From positions 45,424,717 to 45,488,716 of the forward strand of contig NC_057718.1 of NCBI RefSeq assembly GCF_004010195.1: 64,000 bases of DNA. The letters run 5' to 3'. Made by a program: the position numbers and the translations under genes. This DNA comes from Chiloscyllium plagiosum. Its lineage: Eukaryota. The notes beneath the pieces were generated by a model. That model was given only the letters and a program-made list of their open reading frames with translations, made no database searches and was not told the origin of the DNA. Of the stretch, positions 1-13,125 are shown piece by piece; positions within the stretch are counted from its first letter, which is position 1; the number at the start of each line of letters is the position of its first letter.

Positions 1-3000
1 TCCGTGTGTAAATAAAGGATGACTTGGTGAGAGGATACTGGCCTCTATGGAGTCATGTCAGTGGCAACAAGATTAAAGCACACTCCTGAAGAAATTCGCT
101 CACAGCAATCATCTCTGAGTTCGGGTAAGCATTTCTGGCGTCATGCCTTTATTTGTGAAGTTTGACTCATTCAATCCTGCCATCAACTACTGGGCCAAGT
201 ATGTGGAAATTTTTCTGGGCAAATTACATTGGGACAGATTAAAAATAATGAGTAATTCTCCTGACTGTTTGTGGACCCGCAGCTCTTTGGGTAATGAAGA
301 ACCTAACTCTCTCTGAGTGACCAGATACTAAAACTTTTCAAGAGTTGATCATTTAGTTAAGGATTATTATGACCCCAAACTGCCTCTAATTTGGACATGC
401 TATTGATTTAATTCAACAATTCGAGAACCAGGGGAATCCATATTGGGATTTTTGACTATGTTAACATGACTAGCAGAGATAGGTGACTTTGATTTAACTC
501 TTAATGAGATGCTAAGAGACAATTTGCTATATGACAGTAATTATATAACCATGCAAAAGTACCCACTAGCTGAAGCCCAACTGGACTGGCTTTGTCATTG
601 GAAAATGCCGCAAATTGAGCATATGAGTTGCGGTGTAATCCGATAGAAGTGGATACCCTCGCCAGGCGGGCTGAGCTGTGGAACACCACTTGAGTGAAGG
701 CAATTGCATAGTTTCACTCAGTACATATTCTAAACAGAGGGACTCTAGGTCAGCCCACAACAAAACCCTGAAACAAAGCCAAACCTCAGCCAAATGTTTC
801 AATATTTCTTAAGGATCCAGGCATGCTTTTTTAGTTGCTGCTGATATGTGAACCTGAGACAGCAAAAGAGCCCAACTTGACCTAAATTGAGTAAGATATC
901 TCCTGGGCTGGTATTCAGGAGAGTACACACCTTGAAAAGTCCACCTACATCTGGTTTGCAACAGTTAAATTGCATAGCAACATCCAAATTAGAATCAGTC
1001 AAAACAAACCTCTGGTTAAATAGTCATCTGGTTCTAATGGAGGTTAATACCAGTTTCAGTGATCGTAGAACCAATCTTTAACAATGTTCATTCTGGATTC
1101 CAACCCTTGGGTTTGCAGAAGACCTTGGCTCGACTAAGAATCTATACTGAGGACCCTTCACAAATTAAGGGTACAGCTTTGATTACAGTCTCTTATGCGA
1201 AGCAGCTGGTTTAGTTACCACTGATTGTAATGAAGGTAAATGAGGTAAATTAGTTGAGAAAGATTCACCTAGATTGGCTCAACATTTTTCAATTAGAAAA
1301 GGCTGCCTGACTAGCTAAGTACTGGGCGTTTCTTCAGGAACGTCTAGGGAGTATCAAAGGAGCCAAGGCTACCTTGCCTGTTGACCAGGAAGCAATTCCA
1401 TGATTCTGCAAGGCCTGCCTAGTGCCATTTGCCTTGTGGGCAAAAGTAAAGGCAGAAATCAGAAGGCTGGCAAGCAAAGGAATCATCAAACCAGTTTGCA
1501 AAATGGGCAGCGTTGGTCGTACCGATTTATGAAGCTTGACAAGTTGATTTGCCTTTGTGTGGATTTTAAACATACAGTAAACTGCTGGCTAAATACCCAG
1601 TCCCTGGCATAGAGGATTTATATGAAAAGCTGGCAGACAGAATGTCCTTCATGAAGCTGGACATGAGCCATGCGTACTTGCAATTGTAATTAAATAATGA
1701 GTCCTGTAGGTATGCTGCAGTTCATACCCAAAAGGGTTTTGTACCGATGTACAACACTGCCATTTGATGTATCATCGGCCTGTGCAATTTTTCAATGAAC
1801 GATAAAGAATATTTTACAATGTCTACCCCATGTTGCCATTTATCCAAATGGTGTGCTAATAACAGGGAAGACTAATAAGGAGCACTTAGAGAACTCAGAC
1901 ATAGTCTTCAGACGTTTCTCCCTGGTGGACATAAGCCTTAGAAGTGAAAGGTATGTGTTCCAGGCACCCCTGGTCAGCCCACGTGACAAGACCGGATTAC
2001 ACCCATTGGAAGATAATGTGAGGGTGATTAAAGATGCCTCAGCTCTCACATCTGTCCTGGAGCCTAGGTCTTTCCTTGGGCTGGTGAATTATTATGGAAA
2101 GCTCATACATAACCTGGCCTCCGTCCTGGCACCTTTGCATCAATTATTTTTTAAAAATAAAATAAAATGTCAGACTTGCAAATAGGCATGTAGCCAAGTC
2201 ATAGTCTTCAGGGAAATGAAGAAACAGCTATCATTCTGTAAGGTGTCAGCACACTATGATCCCAAATGAGATCTGGTGCTGACATGCAATACCTCCCTGT
2301 ACAGCATTAGGGTAGTATTAGCTCTTAAGTGGCCCTGTGGTGAGGAACACCTAAATGCATTCAGGACTTTGGCTAATGCAAAGTGTAAATATGTCCAGAT
2401 AGAGAAGGAGAGTTTGGCTGACATATTTGGATTCAGGACGTTCCACCAATAACTTTACAGATGTAAATTTGTTATAATAACAGACCACACACCTCTGCTA
2501 GGCTCACTTAAAGAGGAGAAGACAGTGTCACCCAGGCCGAATTTAGCAGTGGGCTCTAATACTATGTGTGTATAATTACAAGTTGGAAGGCCAGTTAGCA
2601 AATGCGGATGCATTGAGCTGCCTCTCACTGGCAGATACCCCACTGGTGGTACAGACATGAAACACTTTGTAATGGTTTTAAATTTTCTAGGCACACTTCC
2701 AGTCACAGCTGACAATGTCAGATTTTGGATGGAGGAAGATCCGGTCCTGGCAAAACTGAAAGAGCTGGTGGTAATGGAGGAAACAGTAGGGCTGTCACAA
2801 CTGAAATTGAAACCTTTTTGGACCTGGAGAGACTAGATCACAATAGAGGACAGTATATTATTAAGGAGAACAAGAGTGATTGCCATCAGCAAAGTTCACT
2901 GCCAGATACTGGCTGAACTACACCAGGGTCATCCAACAGTGTCCAAAATGTAGATGTTGGTGAGACACTATGCCTGGTGACCAGGTTTGGCTGTAGATAT

Positions 3001-3714
3001 AGTTGGTGGGACAGTGCCCAGAGAGCAACAAGGACAAAAATTACCACCATCAGCTCTCCCACATTTGTGGGAATGGCTGGGTAAACCCTGGACTCAGTTA
3101 CATGTTGACTATGCAGGTCCTTTCATGGGCTCAGCATTCTTGGTTATTGTGGATGCCCACTGAAAGTGGCTGCATGTGCGTAGAGTTCATCTGCCAAACA
3201 CAGGGAGGACAGTAGAACAACTGCGCTCCTCTTTCACAGTACGTGGACTTCTCGGAATCTGAGATGGACATGGCAGATGTCTCTACCTCAGTGACCCTGC
3301 CGCCTGAATAGGGGAATGAATTTCTTGCAAGATGCTGTAGATGCAAGAGGCGGGGTACTGTGTGTTACATGCCATCCGTATCAGAGGCAGAGTTGGAGGA
3401 ACCTGACCCAGTACTACATGACCCAGCAAGAGCTACAAGAGAAAGAACTAATCTATATCCTTGGACTCAGTGGGAGGGATGTAGTGGTTGTAATAAGGTC
3501 AGTCAATGGACTTCATAGAATACATGTTCCCTGATTGGGGCTGTTAACCTGGTCGAATCAGGAAGTCCTGGCTGACTGATAAAAACGGGAGTGTCAAAGG
3601 TTCTGTTTACTCTGACAGTTGGCTCCAAGAAAGCTGGATCAGTATCATGGATTGTCCATGTGTTAATACAGAGTGACTTGGTCACAGGATACTGGCCTCT
3701 CTAGTATTATTTTA
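1..3714 (+). mobile_element. Decayed Ty3/Gypsy LTR retrotransposon (5' LTR cut by the window edge; gag-pol with stops and frameshifts; integrase truncated)
   Basis: 1-60 matches 3655-3714 (gacttggt.a.aggatactggcctct). PBS-like tggcaacaag follows at 62. Recognisable pol peptides: RT KLDMSHAYLQL (~1653), LPFDVSSACAIFQ (~1757), decayed YxDD as YPNGVLITG (1841), RNase H YVQIEKESLA/FVIITDHTPL, integrase ELHQGHP and LHVDYAGPFMGSAFLVIVDAH*KWL (~3098). Purine tract gggaggga precedes TG at 3480. Confidence 0.9.
3480..3714 (+). repeat. 3' LTR (~235 bp) of the Gypsy element
   Basis: Starts TGTAGTGG immediately after the PPT; its 3' end aligns with positions 1-60. Confidence 0.8.
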
Positions 3715-4499
3715 AGATGCCTACAGAATAGTTACACATATGTGTTAGGATTATCCTGAAGATCAATGTTAAAAAACAAACTCAAATTTTCAGTTAATAG
3801 CTGAAAGAGTAATACATCAAGACTTATTTTTCAAAACTTTTGATGTAAGAAATGAATAAAAGAACTGTTGATTAAACACTTTTTTATTGGTAACTTATGT
3901 TTTAAACAAAAGAGAGAAACATTCCACTTTTATATTGATAACACACTTCACTGTCCACAGAACTAGAATCCTTTTAGCTGACATGGTTGCTTCAAGTTTC
4001 CAATTGATTCCTGTATTCTCAATTCAGCACAAAATAATTTGGAGAAACTGTCTCCAGTGAATTTCCTTAGTTGTAGAAGACCCGCACCCCTAGCTATAGA
4101 GCCTGTTCCAATGATTTTTCTTCCCATAACAATTCCAGGATGAATCTCTTGTGATCAATAGATAGCTACAGGATGATCTCTTCAATGAGAGACTGCCTCG
4201 CTCCCACATCCACTTGTGGTATCTTGCAAAGTCACACACAATCTCTGCTGTCTATCAATGATAATATTTGGCTTGTAGGGAAGCCTGAAAATTGAACTCA
4301 AAATTGGCATCCTCTGCCTTATTCCTCATTACATTGTGAACAACATTAACAGCACAACTATCCATAACCCAAATTCAGTAGTGCCTTTCAGGGACTTTGG
4401 GATATTCTGGGACAGATTTTTACTACTGAGATGGATGGTTCAAATCGGGGAATTTCTGGACCTAGTATGCCCAATTTGCAACCTGTTTCCCTTGGCATA

Positions 4500-4800
4500 G
4501 TTCAAAAACTAGGGGTCATAGATTCAAGCTGAGTGACAGAAGGATTAGAGGGGATGTGAGGAAAAAACCTTTTTATGCAGAGGGTGGTGGGTGTCTGGAA
4601 TGCATTGTCTGAGTTGCTGGTAGAGGCAGAGATCCTAAACTCTTTTAAGAAGTACCCAGATCTGTACCTTAAGTTCTGTAAGCTGCAGGACTATGGGCCG
4701 TGTTTAGGAAGATGGGATTAGAAAGGGCATCTGAATGTCTTTGCGTTGGCCTGGAAAAGATGGGCTAAATGGCCCTCTTTTGTTCTGTATCATTTCTACA
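4500..4800 (+). mobile_element. CR1 LINE 3' fragment
   Basis: ORF2 C-terminal TRGHRFK / QRVVGVWNAL, followed by a CR1-type 3' UTR. Confidence 0.85.
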
Positions 4801-6374
4801 GATGAAAATACCAAATTTTGCCAGGCGGAGATTGTAGTCTCGCCCACCACTTTGGGAAGCAGATCAGCGGCAGCTGCATTCCAAGGCAGGCCATTTGAAA
4901 TGTGTGCTTTGGCTCTGTGAGAGTTGGTGCCAGCTGTAAGCTAAACTTTTAGGTTCTCCAAGCCTCACCCTCACACTTCCACACTCTCTCCATATCATTT
5001 ACATGTGAACTTATTACAGCAGTCATCCTCCATAGAACCCCATACCCTCCATGCCAAACAATGACATTCATATCTATTCATGCAGTATATACTGCAAACA
5101 CAGAACCAATAAACCCTATAGTAGCAATGGCATACATGGAGCTACTGGAAAAAAATTATAATTTTGTTTTAAACAAACTGCTGTTGCTAAAACCCTGTAG
5201 AAAAGATAATGAGACATGCCTTTAAAATACCAATACCAGAAACTATAAGCATTTGATCCCTCTTTATCTTCTGAAAGTAAACATCAAGCCATTGACAAAA
5301 GAGATCAATGACAAAATTGCTTATTATGACATCATACAGTCTCAATTAAGTAGATTCGTTCTTTCTTTCTTGCCTGCTGTGTCTAAAGAGAAAATCCTCA
5401 TATGGCAGTCTGGGTTTTCGACCAAGCCTCATTATTCCTGAAGTTGATGGGAATCCCAAGATCAGATCCCACTCTTTTTTTTTAATGGTTCTGGAGTGCT
5501 GAAAATACCACAAAGGTCATCCCTTTCAGAGATAATGGCAGATAATTTCCAAGTTTACCAAGTGTAAATTGGAAACATCTTTTATTACCTTCTCAGGTAA
5601 ACAACGTTCCTTCCATCTCTAACAATTAAAAAAGCCAGGCTTACTGTCAGAACAGGTCACATGACTTCATTTTGTCTAAATTTGAAACTACAGTCCTAAA
5701 ACAGTGATCTTATAAACCTCAAGTATAATGTTAGTCCTTGTGTTCACGGATCGAGATTTATTTTTGCAGAATTAATATTTCAAAAGTAGTTGAAAACAAA
5801 TTATTCTAAATATAGTTATAAGCTATTTTTGTGTCATGGGAATCTATGGATTGGCAAATTGTCTTTGTTCTGAACATTTTAAGTAGAAGTCCCATTTTAA
5901 AGATGACCTTATCAACAAATTTACAATAAAAGAATATAATTTAGGGTATTTCTAAGTCTATTGTAAAACCACAGACATTTTTTTTCATATCATAAGAAGG
6001 TTTGTTTTGTTGTTCTGAGTTTGAAAATAAACTGTTTTGCTGATCTTATTTTGCAGCTGCAAACCGTTTGTATTTTAGGCAACTTCCTTGCTAAAAAAAA
6101 AACCTTCAGGTTAAAAGACAAATACCAACCCCTGACCCAGAGAGTGATGAGATTGCAGACTTACTAGCACAGGGAATGGTCAAAATAAATAAAATTAGAT
6201 GCAATTAAAGGGAGTCAAGATAAGTACATTAGGGGAAAGAGAATGCTGAAAGGTTGGTTGAGAAGTTATGGGAGAAGAATTCAGTAGGTTAAAAATGTTG
6301 GCATAGGCTGATTAGGCCAAATGGCCAGATTCTCTGTTATAAATCCTGTACTGACTCGGGTTACAATGTAGATC

Positions 6375-6485
6375 CCACCATCTCAATCTCACCCCTTGCC
6401 TGAGACATGGTGACCCTAAATTACCTCCAGGTTGTCATCTCTCTAATAAGAGAACAGCCCTGTGGTCCACTATGATTACTTTACC
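6375..6485 (+). mobile_element. 3' part of an unnamed SINE (same family as 60185-60390)
   Basis: Shares cctgag.c.tggtgaccct..a.tta...catctctctaat.agag..cagcc with the copy at 60298-60365. Confidence 0.55.
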
Positions 6486-6869
6486 ATTTTCAATATATTC
6501 TTTAGATATATTTCAGTCAAAAATAGTGAATGTTAATGTAGATATTGATAGTTCTAGTTATTAGTGAGATGATAAAAATCCAGACATAAGTGCAATGCTG
6601 GCATTTGAATTGCCTGTGAAACTTGTCTCCCTTCCATTGAGAAATATTTGCTCTGCATTATGTGTCCTGAAGCTATTAATGTCTTTATTGTATGGATAAA
6701 GGAAAGTTAATTTGCAGAGCTGTAGAAAACCAGTACAGCTCTTTCATGGATCTGTGCTGTGTGATTACAATTGTGTTACTCTATCCTCGAGCCAACCACC
6801 TTCAGATGCTTTATTGATGACTACCTGATTAAGGTCAGAACTGGAGACATTCATTGATTATCACAGTGT

Positions 6870-7570
6870 TTGACTCTGTCCAAGTGTATCTGCAGCAGGA
6901 CCTGGACTATACACAGCCTTGGACTGATAATTGGCAGTTGCCCGAGACATTCAACAACATTACAATGGCTTAATATCCCACCTTCGTCCTAAGGTCACTG
7001 TTGATCAGAACCTTAACTGGATTAGCCACAGAAATGATGTAGATACAAGAGCAGATCAGAGGCCAAGAATACAGTGCCACGTAACTCAATTCCATTGGCA
7101 TAAGTGTGATGGAATATTCTCCATTTGTGTAGACAAGAACATCATTGATCATGCTCCAGAAACTTGACACCATCCAGGAAAAAAGAATCCATTTGGTACT
7201 GCATCCATCACCATAAAAAGTTGCTCCTTCCATTATTTACTTAATGTATCTCATAGACAGTGTACACTACAGTACCTTGTCAAGATTTTAACAGAACCAT
7301 TAAACCCACAATTATTATTTAGAAGGACAAAGGCAACATAGAAAAGTCGCCACCTGAAAGTTCCCATCCAAGTCGCACACAATACTGACCTGAAATTGTG
7401 ATGCTATTCCTTTTTTATGGCTAGATCAAAACCTTTAACTTTTTTGCAAGCAGTACCATGGGAGTGAATACTTCCTCACATACATTGAAACTGTGCAAGA
7501 AGATGCTTCACTACCAACTTCTCAAAAACAGTTATCAACAGTGACCTTAGGCCAAAGATGGGATATTCAG
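6870..7570 (+). mobile_element. Old CR1/L2-group LINE 3' fragment; its tail continues at ~8806-8860 after a nested CR1
   Basis: Similar to the 14715-15967 element (cttgacaccatccagga, tagaaggacaa.g.cag). The tail aataaatgctggc resumes after the CR1 insertion. Confidence 0.7.
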
Positions 7571-7571
7571 C

Positions 7572-8804
7572 CATGGTTGTGTCTCACTAACCTCATTGAG
7601 GTTTTTGAGAAGGTGACCAAGCATGTAGATGAGGGTAGGGCAGTTGACGTGGTATACATGGACTTCAGTAAAGCCTTTGATAAGGTTCCATATGGAAGGG
7701 TGTTAGAGAAAATGCAGAGACATGAGATTGAGGGTGCTTTAGCAGTTTGGATTAGAAACTGGCTTTCTGAAAGAAGGCAGCGAGTGGTGGTTGATGGAAA
7801 ATATTCAGCCTGGAGTCCAGTTACTAGTAGTGTGCCAGAAGGATCTGTTTTGGGATGACTGCTGTTTGTCATTTTTATAAATGACTTAGATGCAGGCATA
7901 GGTGGATGGATTAGTAAATTTGCAGATGACACTAAAGTCGGTGGAGTAGTGGACAATTTGGAAGAATGTTACAGTTCGCAGGGGGACTTGGATAAACTGC
8001 AGAATTGGGCTGAGAGGTGGCAAATGGAGTTCAATGCAGCTAAATGTGAGGTGATGCACTTTGGGAAGAATAACAGGAAGGCAGAATACTGGGTCAATGG
8101 AAAGACTCTTGGTAGTGTGGATATGCAGAGGAATCTTGGAGTCCATGTACATAGATCCTTGAAAGTTGCCACCCAGGTTGATAGTGCTGTTAAGAAGGCA
8201 TACGGTGTGCTAGGTTTCGTTGGTAGAGGGATTGAGTTCCAGAGCCGCAATATCATGCTGCAACTATACAAAATGTTAGTGCGGCCGCACTTGGAATATT
8301 GTGTACAGTTCTGGTTGCTATATTTCGGGAAGGATGTGGAAGCATTGGCAAAGGTGCAGAGGAGGTTTACCAGGATGTTGCCTGGTTTGGAGGGAAGGTC
8401 TTAGGAGGAAAGGCTGAGAGACTTGGGTCTGTTCTCATTGGAAAGAAGAAGGCTAAGAGGGGATTTGATGGAGACATACAGGATGGTCAGAGGATTAGGT
8501 AGGGTAGACAGTGATAGTCTTTTTCCTAGGATGGTGACAATAGCTTGTACGAGGGGGCATAACTACAAATTGAGGGGTGATAAATTTAAGACACATGTCA
8601 GAGGCAGGTTCTTTAGTCAGAGAGTGGTAAGGGCATGGAGTGCCCTGCCTGCCAGTGTAGTTAACTCAGCCGCATTAGGGAGATTTAAACAATCGTTGGA
8701 TGATGATGGGATAGTGTAGGGGGACAAGCTGAGAATAGATCACAGGTCGGCGCAACATCGAGGATCGAAGGGCCTATTCTGTACTACTTTGTTCTATGTT
8801 CTAT
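7572..8804 (+). mobile_element. 5'-truncated CR1 LINE (RT and 3' end), relatively young
   Basis: ORF2 peptides CLTNLIE, YMDFSKAFDKVP, SKFADDTK, VRPHLEYCVQFW, LFSLERRRLRGD; ends in a (gttctat)n tail. Confidence 0.95.
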
Positions 8805-9354
8805 AGCAAATAAATGCTGGCTTTGTGAAGCCTGCACTTCTTGAGACAATGAACAAAGTACATAGTACAAAATGAACATTTCCCATTTGTTGATGGACAC
8901 AGATTGATGGAGTGACTGTCAGTATTCTTGGTACGTACATTGTGATTGAAAATATTCGTAATGTGTACTGATAGGGAAGAAATTGGATTATAATCAGATT
9001 TCTATTAGCCACTTATTTTAAAGTGAAACATTTGCAGCAATATTGTGTTTTTCCTTCTTGAATTTTTTTTTTCCAGTTTGCTGAATAAATATCAATGATG
9101 TCCAAGGCTGTTCCTCTGCCACTTTGGCACTCCTACTATGGTAATAGCCTTGGTTATAACCATTGACTGCTTGAGCTTTATGCCCTCTCAGACTGACCTG
9201 TAGTAAACTTTCACGTTGCCACATGAGCCTTGCTTTGCCGTTCATACTCAGCATATCTGGGCAGCCAATTTAATTTGAAGTCTCACAAACGTATGGGGTT
9301 TGCCGAATCCACTTTTGAGTATAAGTGTAGTAACCTAGTGGCTTGAGAAAGAAA

Positions 9355-10800
9355 GATATGACACAAGAAGTAGGAGCATGAATAAGCCATATCACCTTTG
9401 AACTTGTGCCAGCATTAAATACACTGGCAGTTTTTCTACCTCAACTCCATCTTCTCGAACTATTGCCAGATCCCTTGATTTCTTTAGTATCTGAAAATCA
9501 TTTAGCCTCTGTCTTGAATATACTCAATAACTGAGCATCCTTCACCTTTTGGGATAGTGTGTTGATTCACTGCCCATCCCAGTCCTAAAGAGAAGATCCT
9601 TATTCTGAGGTTGTGGGCTGTGATTCCCTAGTTCTGTACTGCACTGCCACTCCCCAAAATCCCAGCCAGTAGAACTGTCCTTTTAGCATAACCTAATAAG
9701 TATTTTATTATGAGAGCTGCTTACTCTTTTATGTGAGAAGTTCTAATCCAGATCTAATTCATTCAGTTTTATTTCTTGTAATAGAATCCCCTCATCCCAG
9801 GAATCAATCTATTGAACCTTTTGACCTTCTTCTTTTAAAGCTTCTATAAAACATTAAAGCTCTAAAGTTTCTATATACTTCCTTCAGTGAGGAGATTAAA
9901 CCTATATATGGTGCTCCAGGTGTAGTCTCACCAAAGGCTTACATAATTCACTCTGCAACCCCTTTGTAATAAGTGCCTTCCTTCCTTGCTTGTTGTATTT
10001 GCATGTTAACTTTGTGATTTTGTACAAGGATATCTAGGTTCAAATTAATAGTAACATTTTTTAACCTTACACATTTTAAAAAATAAATTTGCCCATTCAA
10101 TTTTTCTAACTAAGGAATTCTGATGAATGGTCATTGACCTGAAACATGAACTATATCTCTTTCTGTCCTCAAATGCTGCCTCATTTGTTGAGTATTTTCT
10201 AACTTTTTTTGTTTTTTTTATTTCAGATTTCTATTATTTGTCAGATTTCACTATTGGATTATTTCACAATTCCCTAGTTATTTTCCATCTATCACGTTCT
10301 TGATCAATTCTTTGCTGATACTTGCTCACTGCAATTAATTATCAATTAACTTGAATGCATTACCCATGTCCCCTCCTTCATGTGATTGTTGGAGATTATA
10401 AATAGTTGAGGCCCTTGCATTACTCCTTATTTATAGCTTGCCAGCTGGAAAGTTATTCGTTTATTTCTATTTCCTTACTGTTAACCAATCTTCAAACAAT
10501 GCTAATATATTATCTGTATCCCATGAGCATTAACTTTGTGTCATCACTTCTAGTGCGGCATCTTACAGAGCACGAGAAAATGTGAAAATCCAAATAACTC
10601 CATTGGTTCCCTCTTAACTACCCTCATAGAATTGGTTTGAGATTATAACAGACTTGTCAAGCACGATTTCCCTTTCACAAATCCAGTGTGACTCTGGTAT
10701 GCTATGTTATAATTTTCTAAATTCCTTGTTACCACTCCCCAAATAATAAATTCTAGCATTTTTTCTACTATTGTTTCCTGGCTACTTGGCTGGTAGTTCT
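9355..10800 (-). mobile_element. Degenerate CR1 LINE fragment
   Basis: Reverse-complement CR1 3' UTR (aagtaggagcatgaataagcca), then decayed RT-region sequence. Confidence 0.65.
10115..10240 (+). mobile_element. Penelope-type pLTR short element with hammerhead-like core, nested in a CR1
   Basis: ctgatga-at-ggtca-t-tgacc-tgaaacat, followed by the family body (atgctgcc...tttcagatttc) seen at 48585 and 32455. Confidence 0.6.
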
Positions 10801-11134
10801 CCAGTTTGTTTCCCTGCTTTCTTCAGACTGTACTTCCTCATGAGTCAGGGGCTTGCATTTCCTGCCTGGCTCTGCCACCCATGCTATCTTTGTAGTGGGG
10901 TATAAGCGATAGCTTGCAGTTAGGGCTGCCACCTCTCAAAGCAAGCCTGAGGTGGCACATGATGCGATGATATCAACCCAGTTATGAGTATTAGGCACCT
11001 TAGCTTCATGTCTCTCCATACTTCTATCCCCACTCACCAAAATCTACATTAGGCTAATCATAAGCCCAAAATAACATTCAGAAATATTTGGGATGCTTAT
11101 AAAAATGCCAAAGCAAACAACCAACCAAACTCAG

Positions 11135-11465
11135 GGGAAGGTGAGGACCCAGTGGTATTATTGCTGGACTGTTAATCCAGAGACCCAGAAAATGTTCTGG
11201 AGACCCAGGTTCAAATCCTGCCATGGAAGAATTTGAATTTTAAAAAATTTTGGAATTAAGCATCGAATGACCATGAATCCATTGCTGATTGTGGGAAAAA
11301 CCCAGCTGGCTCACTAATGTCCTTTAGGCAAGGAAACTGCCATCCTTACCTGGTCTAACCCACATGTGACTCTAGACCCACAGCAATGTGGTTGACTCTT
11401 AACTGCCTCTGGGCAATAAATGCTGGCAGAGCCAGCGGTGCCCTCATCCTGTGAATGAATATTTT
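11135..11465 (+). mobile_element. tRNA-derived SINE with a LINE-derived 3' tail
   Basis: A-box-like (cagtggta), B box ggttcaaatcc, and tail gggcaataaatgctggc..gccagcg..gccc.catcc.gtgaatgaat shared with the LINE at 15905-15967. Further copies at 45637 and 53895. Confidence 0.85.
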
Positions 11466-11470
11466 TCAAA

Positions 11471-11527
11471 ATTATCAAAAATGCTTAATTCTATTAGGAG
11501 CACATAGAATTAAGCATTTTTGATAAT
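11471..11527. repeat. Perfect 24-bp inverted repeat with a 9-nt loop
   Basis: attatcaaaaatgcttaattctat-taggagcac-atagaattaagcatttttgataat. Confidence 0.95.
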
Positions 11528-12419
11528 CAAGCTGCCATAGAAGCTCCATTTAGCATCAAAAACGTAATCCTCTCAAATGCTGTTAGATAGTTAAAATAAA
11601 TGAAGAGCCACTCAAAAACCAATCAAAGAAACATAATCCTCCTGGGAGTTCACACTACCAGCATTTCAAAAACACGCACAGCACATTTAATAGCCCTGCT
11701 GAGTTGAATTCTGTAATGTGGTTTGGAGTTAAGCCAAGCATTCATTACATGATCAGATTGTAGAGCTTTGCAACAAAATCTCCAGAGCTTAACATGTTAA
11801 GCTTTTCAAGTAGTTAAATGAATAACTATGAGTTCTGTTACTTCAAAAGCCGAACAGCTGAATGAAGTGGCAATCACAGAAGTCAGCCATCTGATCAGCT
11901 ATTTCAAAGGCTTAGCAGATGACCTGCATTTCAATGTAAAGAACACAGTACATTGTCCAATTGGCAAATTAAAACCTGGGTCACAATACTGTTGAATACA
12001 AGAAGTCCTTTATCTCCTCTAGAAATTACTCCAGTATATCTTGCACAGTATTGGTCAATTTACTGGTCATTTGCATTTTAAGGACAAAGTTCTATTATTA
12101 ATTACAGTATCAAAAGCCAGCATAGGCCTCCCTGTAATCATGTAACCCCACTCATATGACCTGATTCACACAAGCTTCATAAAAGCATCCATCTCTCTTT
12201 AAATACCAAACACAGTGAAATACTAAATAGAGGTCAGCAGAAAAATGGGAGTCCTGACACTGGTTTGCATGTATGCAGAACACAATCTGCTGTATTTCCA
12301 CCATGTATGAAAATGGCAGCCAACAGCAATGAGGTCATAACTTTGGATTTCTGGTTCACCTCATTTCCATTTAAGTATACCAATGTGGGTTTGTTCTTCT
12401 TTGGGTTGGCAAAATATGG

Positions 12420-13125
12420 CCTTTTAGCTATTAGTTGATAGAGCCCTTGGGAGTGTTGTTGAACATAGACCTAAGGGTTCAGGTGCATAGTTCCTTGAAA
12501 GTTGTGTCACAGGTATACAAGATGGTAAACCGTTGAGTTTAGGAGTTGGGATGTCATGTTGTGTTTGTACAGAACGTTTGTGAGGCCACTTTGGAGTACT
12601 AGGTACAGTTCTGGTCACCCTGCTGTAGGAATGATATTACTAAATTGGAGATGGTGCAGAAAAGATTTGCAAGGATGTTACTGGAAATGGAGGATTGAGT
12701 TATAAGGAGAGGCTGGATAGGCTATGATTTTTTACACTGCAGCATGAGAGGTTAAGAGGTGACCTTTTGGATGTTTGTAAAACCATGAGGAGCATAAATA
12801 AGGTGAATAACAAAGGTTTTCCCTCAAGGTAGGGAGTTCAAAACCAGAGTGCAAAATTTTGAGGAGAGAAAAGAAAGATTTAAAAGATCCTGAGGGGCAA
12901 CATTTTTCACACAGAAGGTGGTTTGTATGTGAAATGAACTGCCAAAGAAAGTGGTGGTACATTTACAACATTTAAAATACTTTTGGACAGGTACATGAAT
13001 AGTAGAGGTTTAGAGGATTATGGGCCAAACCCAGGCAAAAAGGGACTAATTTAGTTTGGGAAACCCTAGTCAGCATGGATGAGTTAGACCGAAGGGTCTG
13101 TTTCCATGCTGTATGACTCTATGGC
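12420..13125 (+). mobile_element. CR1 LINE 3' fragment
   Basis: Decayed RPLLEY.VQFWSP / LRGDL coding sequence; tail tgtatgactctatggctc. Confidence 0.85.

Noticed and set aside
11786..11803. 18-bp perfect palindrome agcttaacatgttaagct
   Set aside because: Isolated and AT-rich, with only a partial p53-like half-site; no supporting context.
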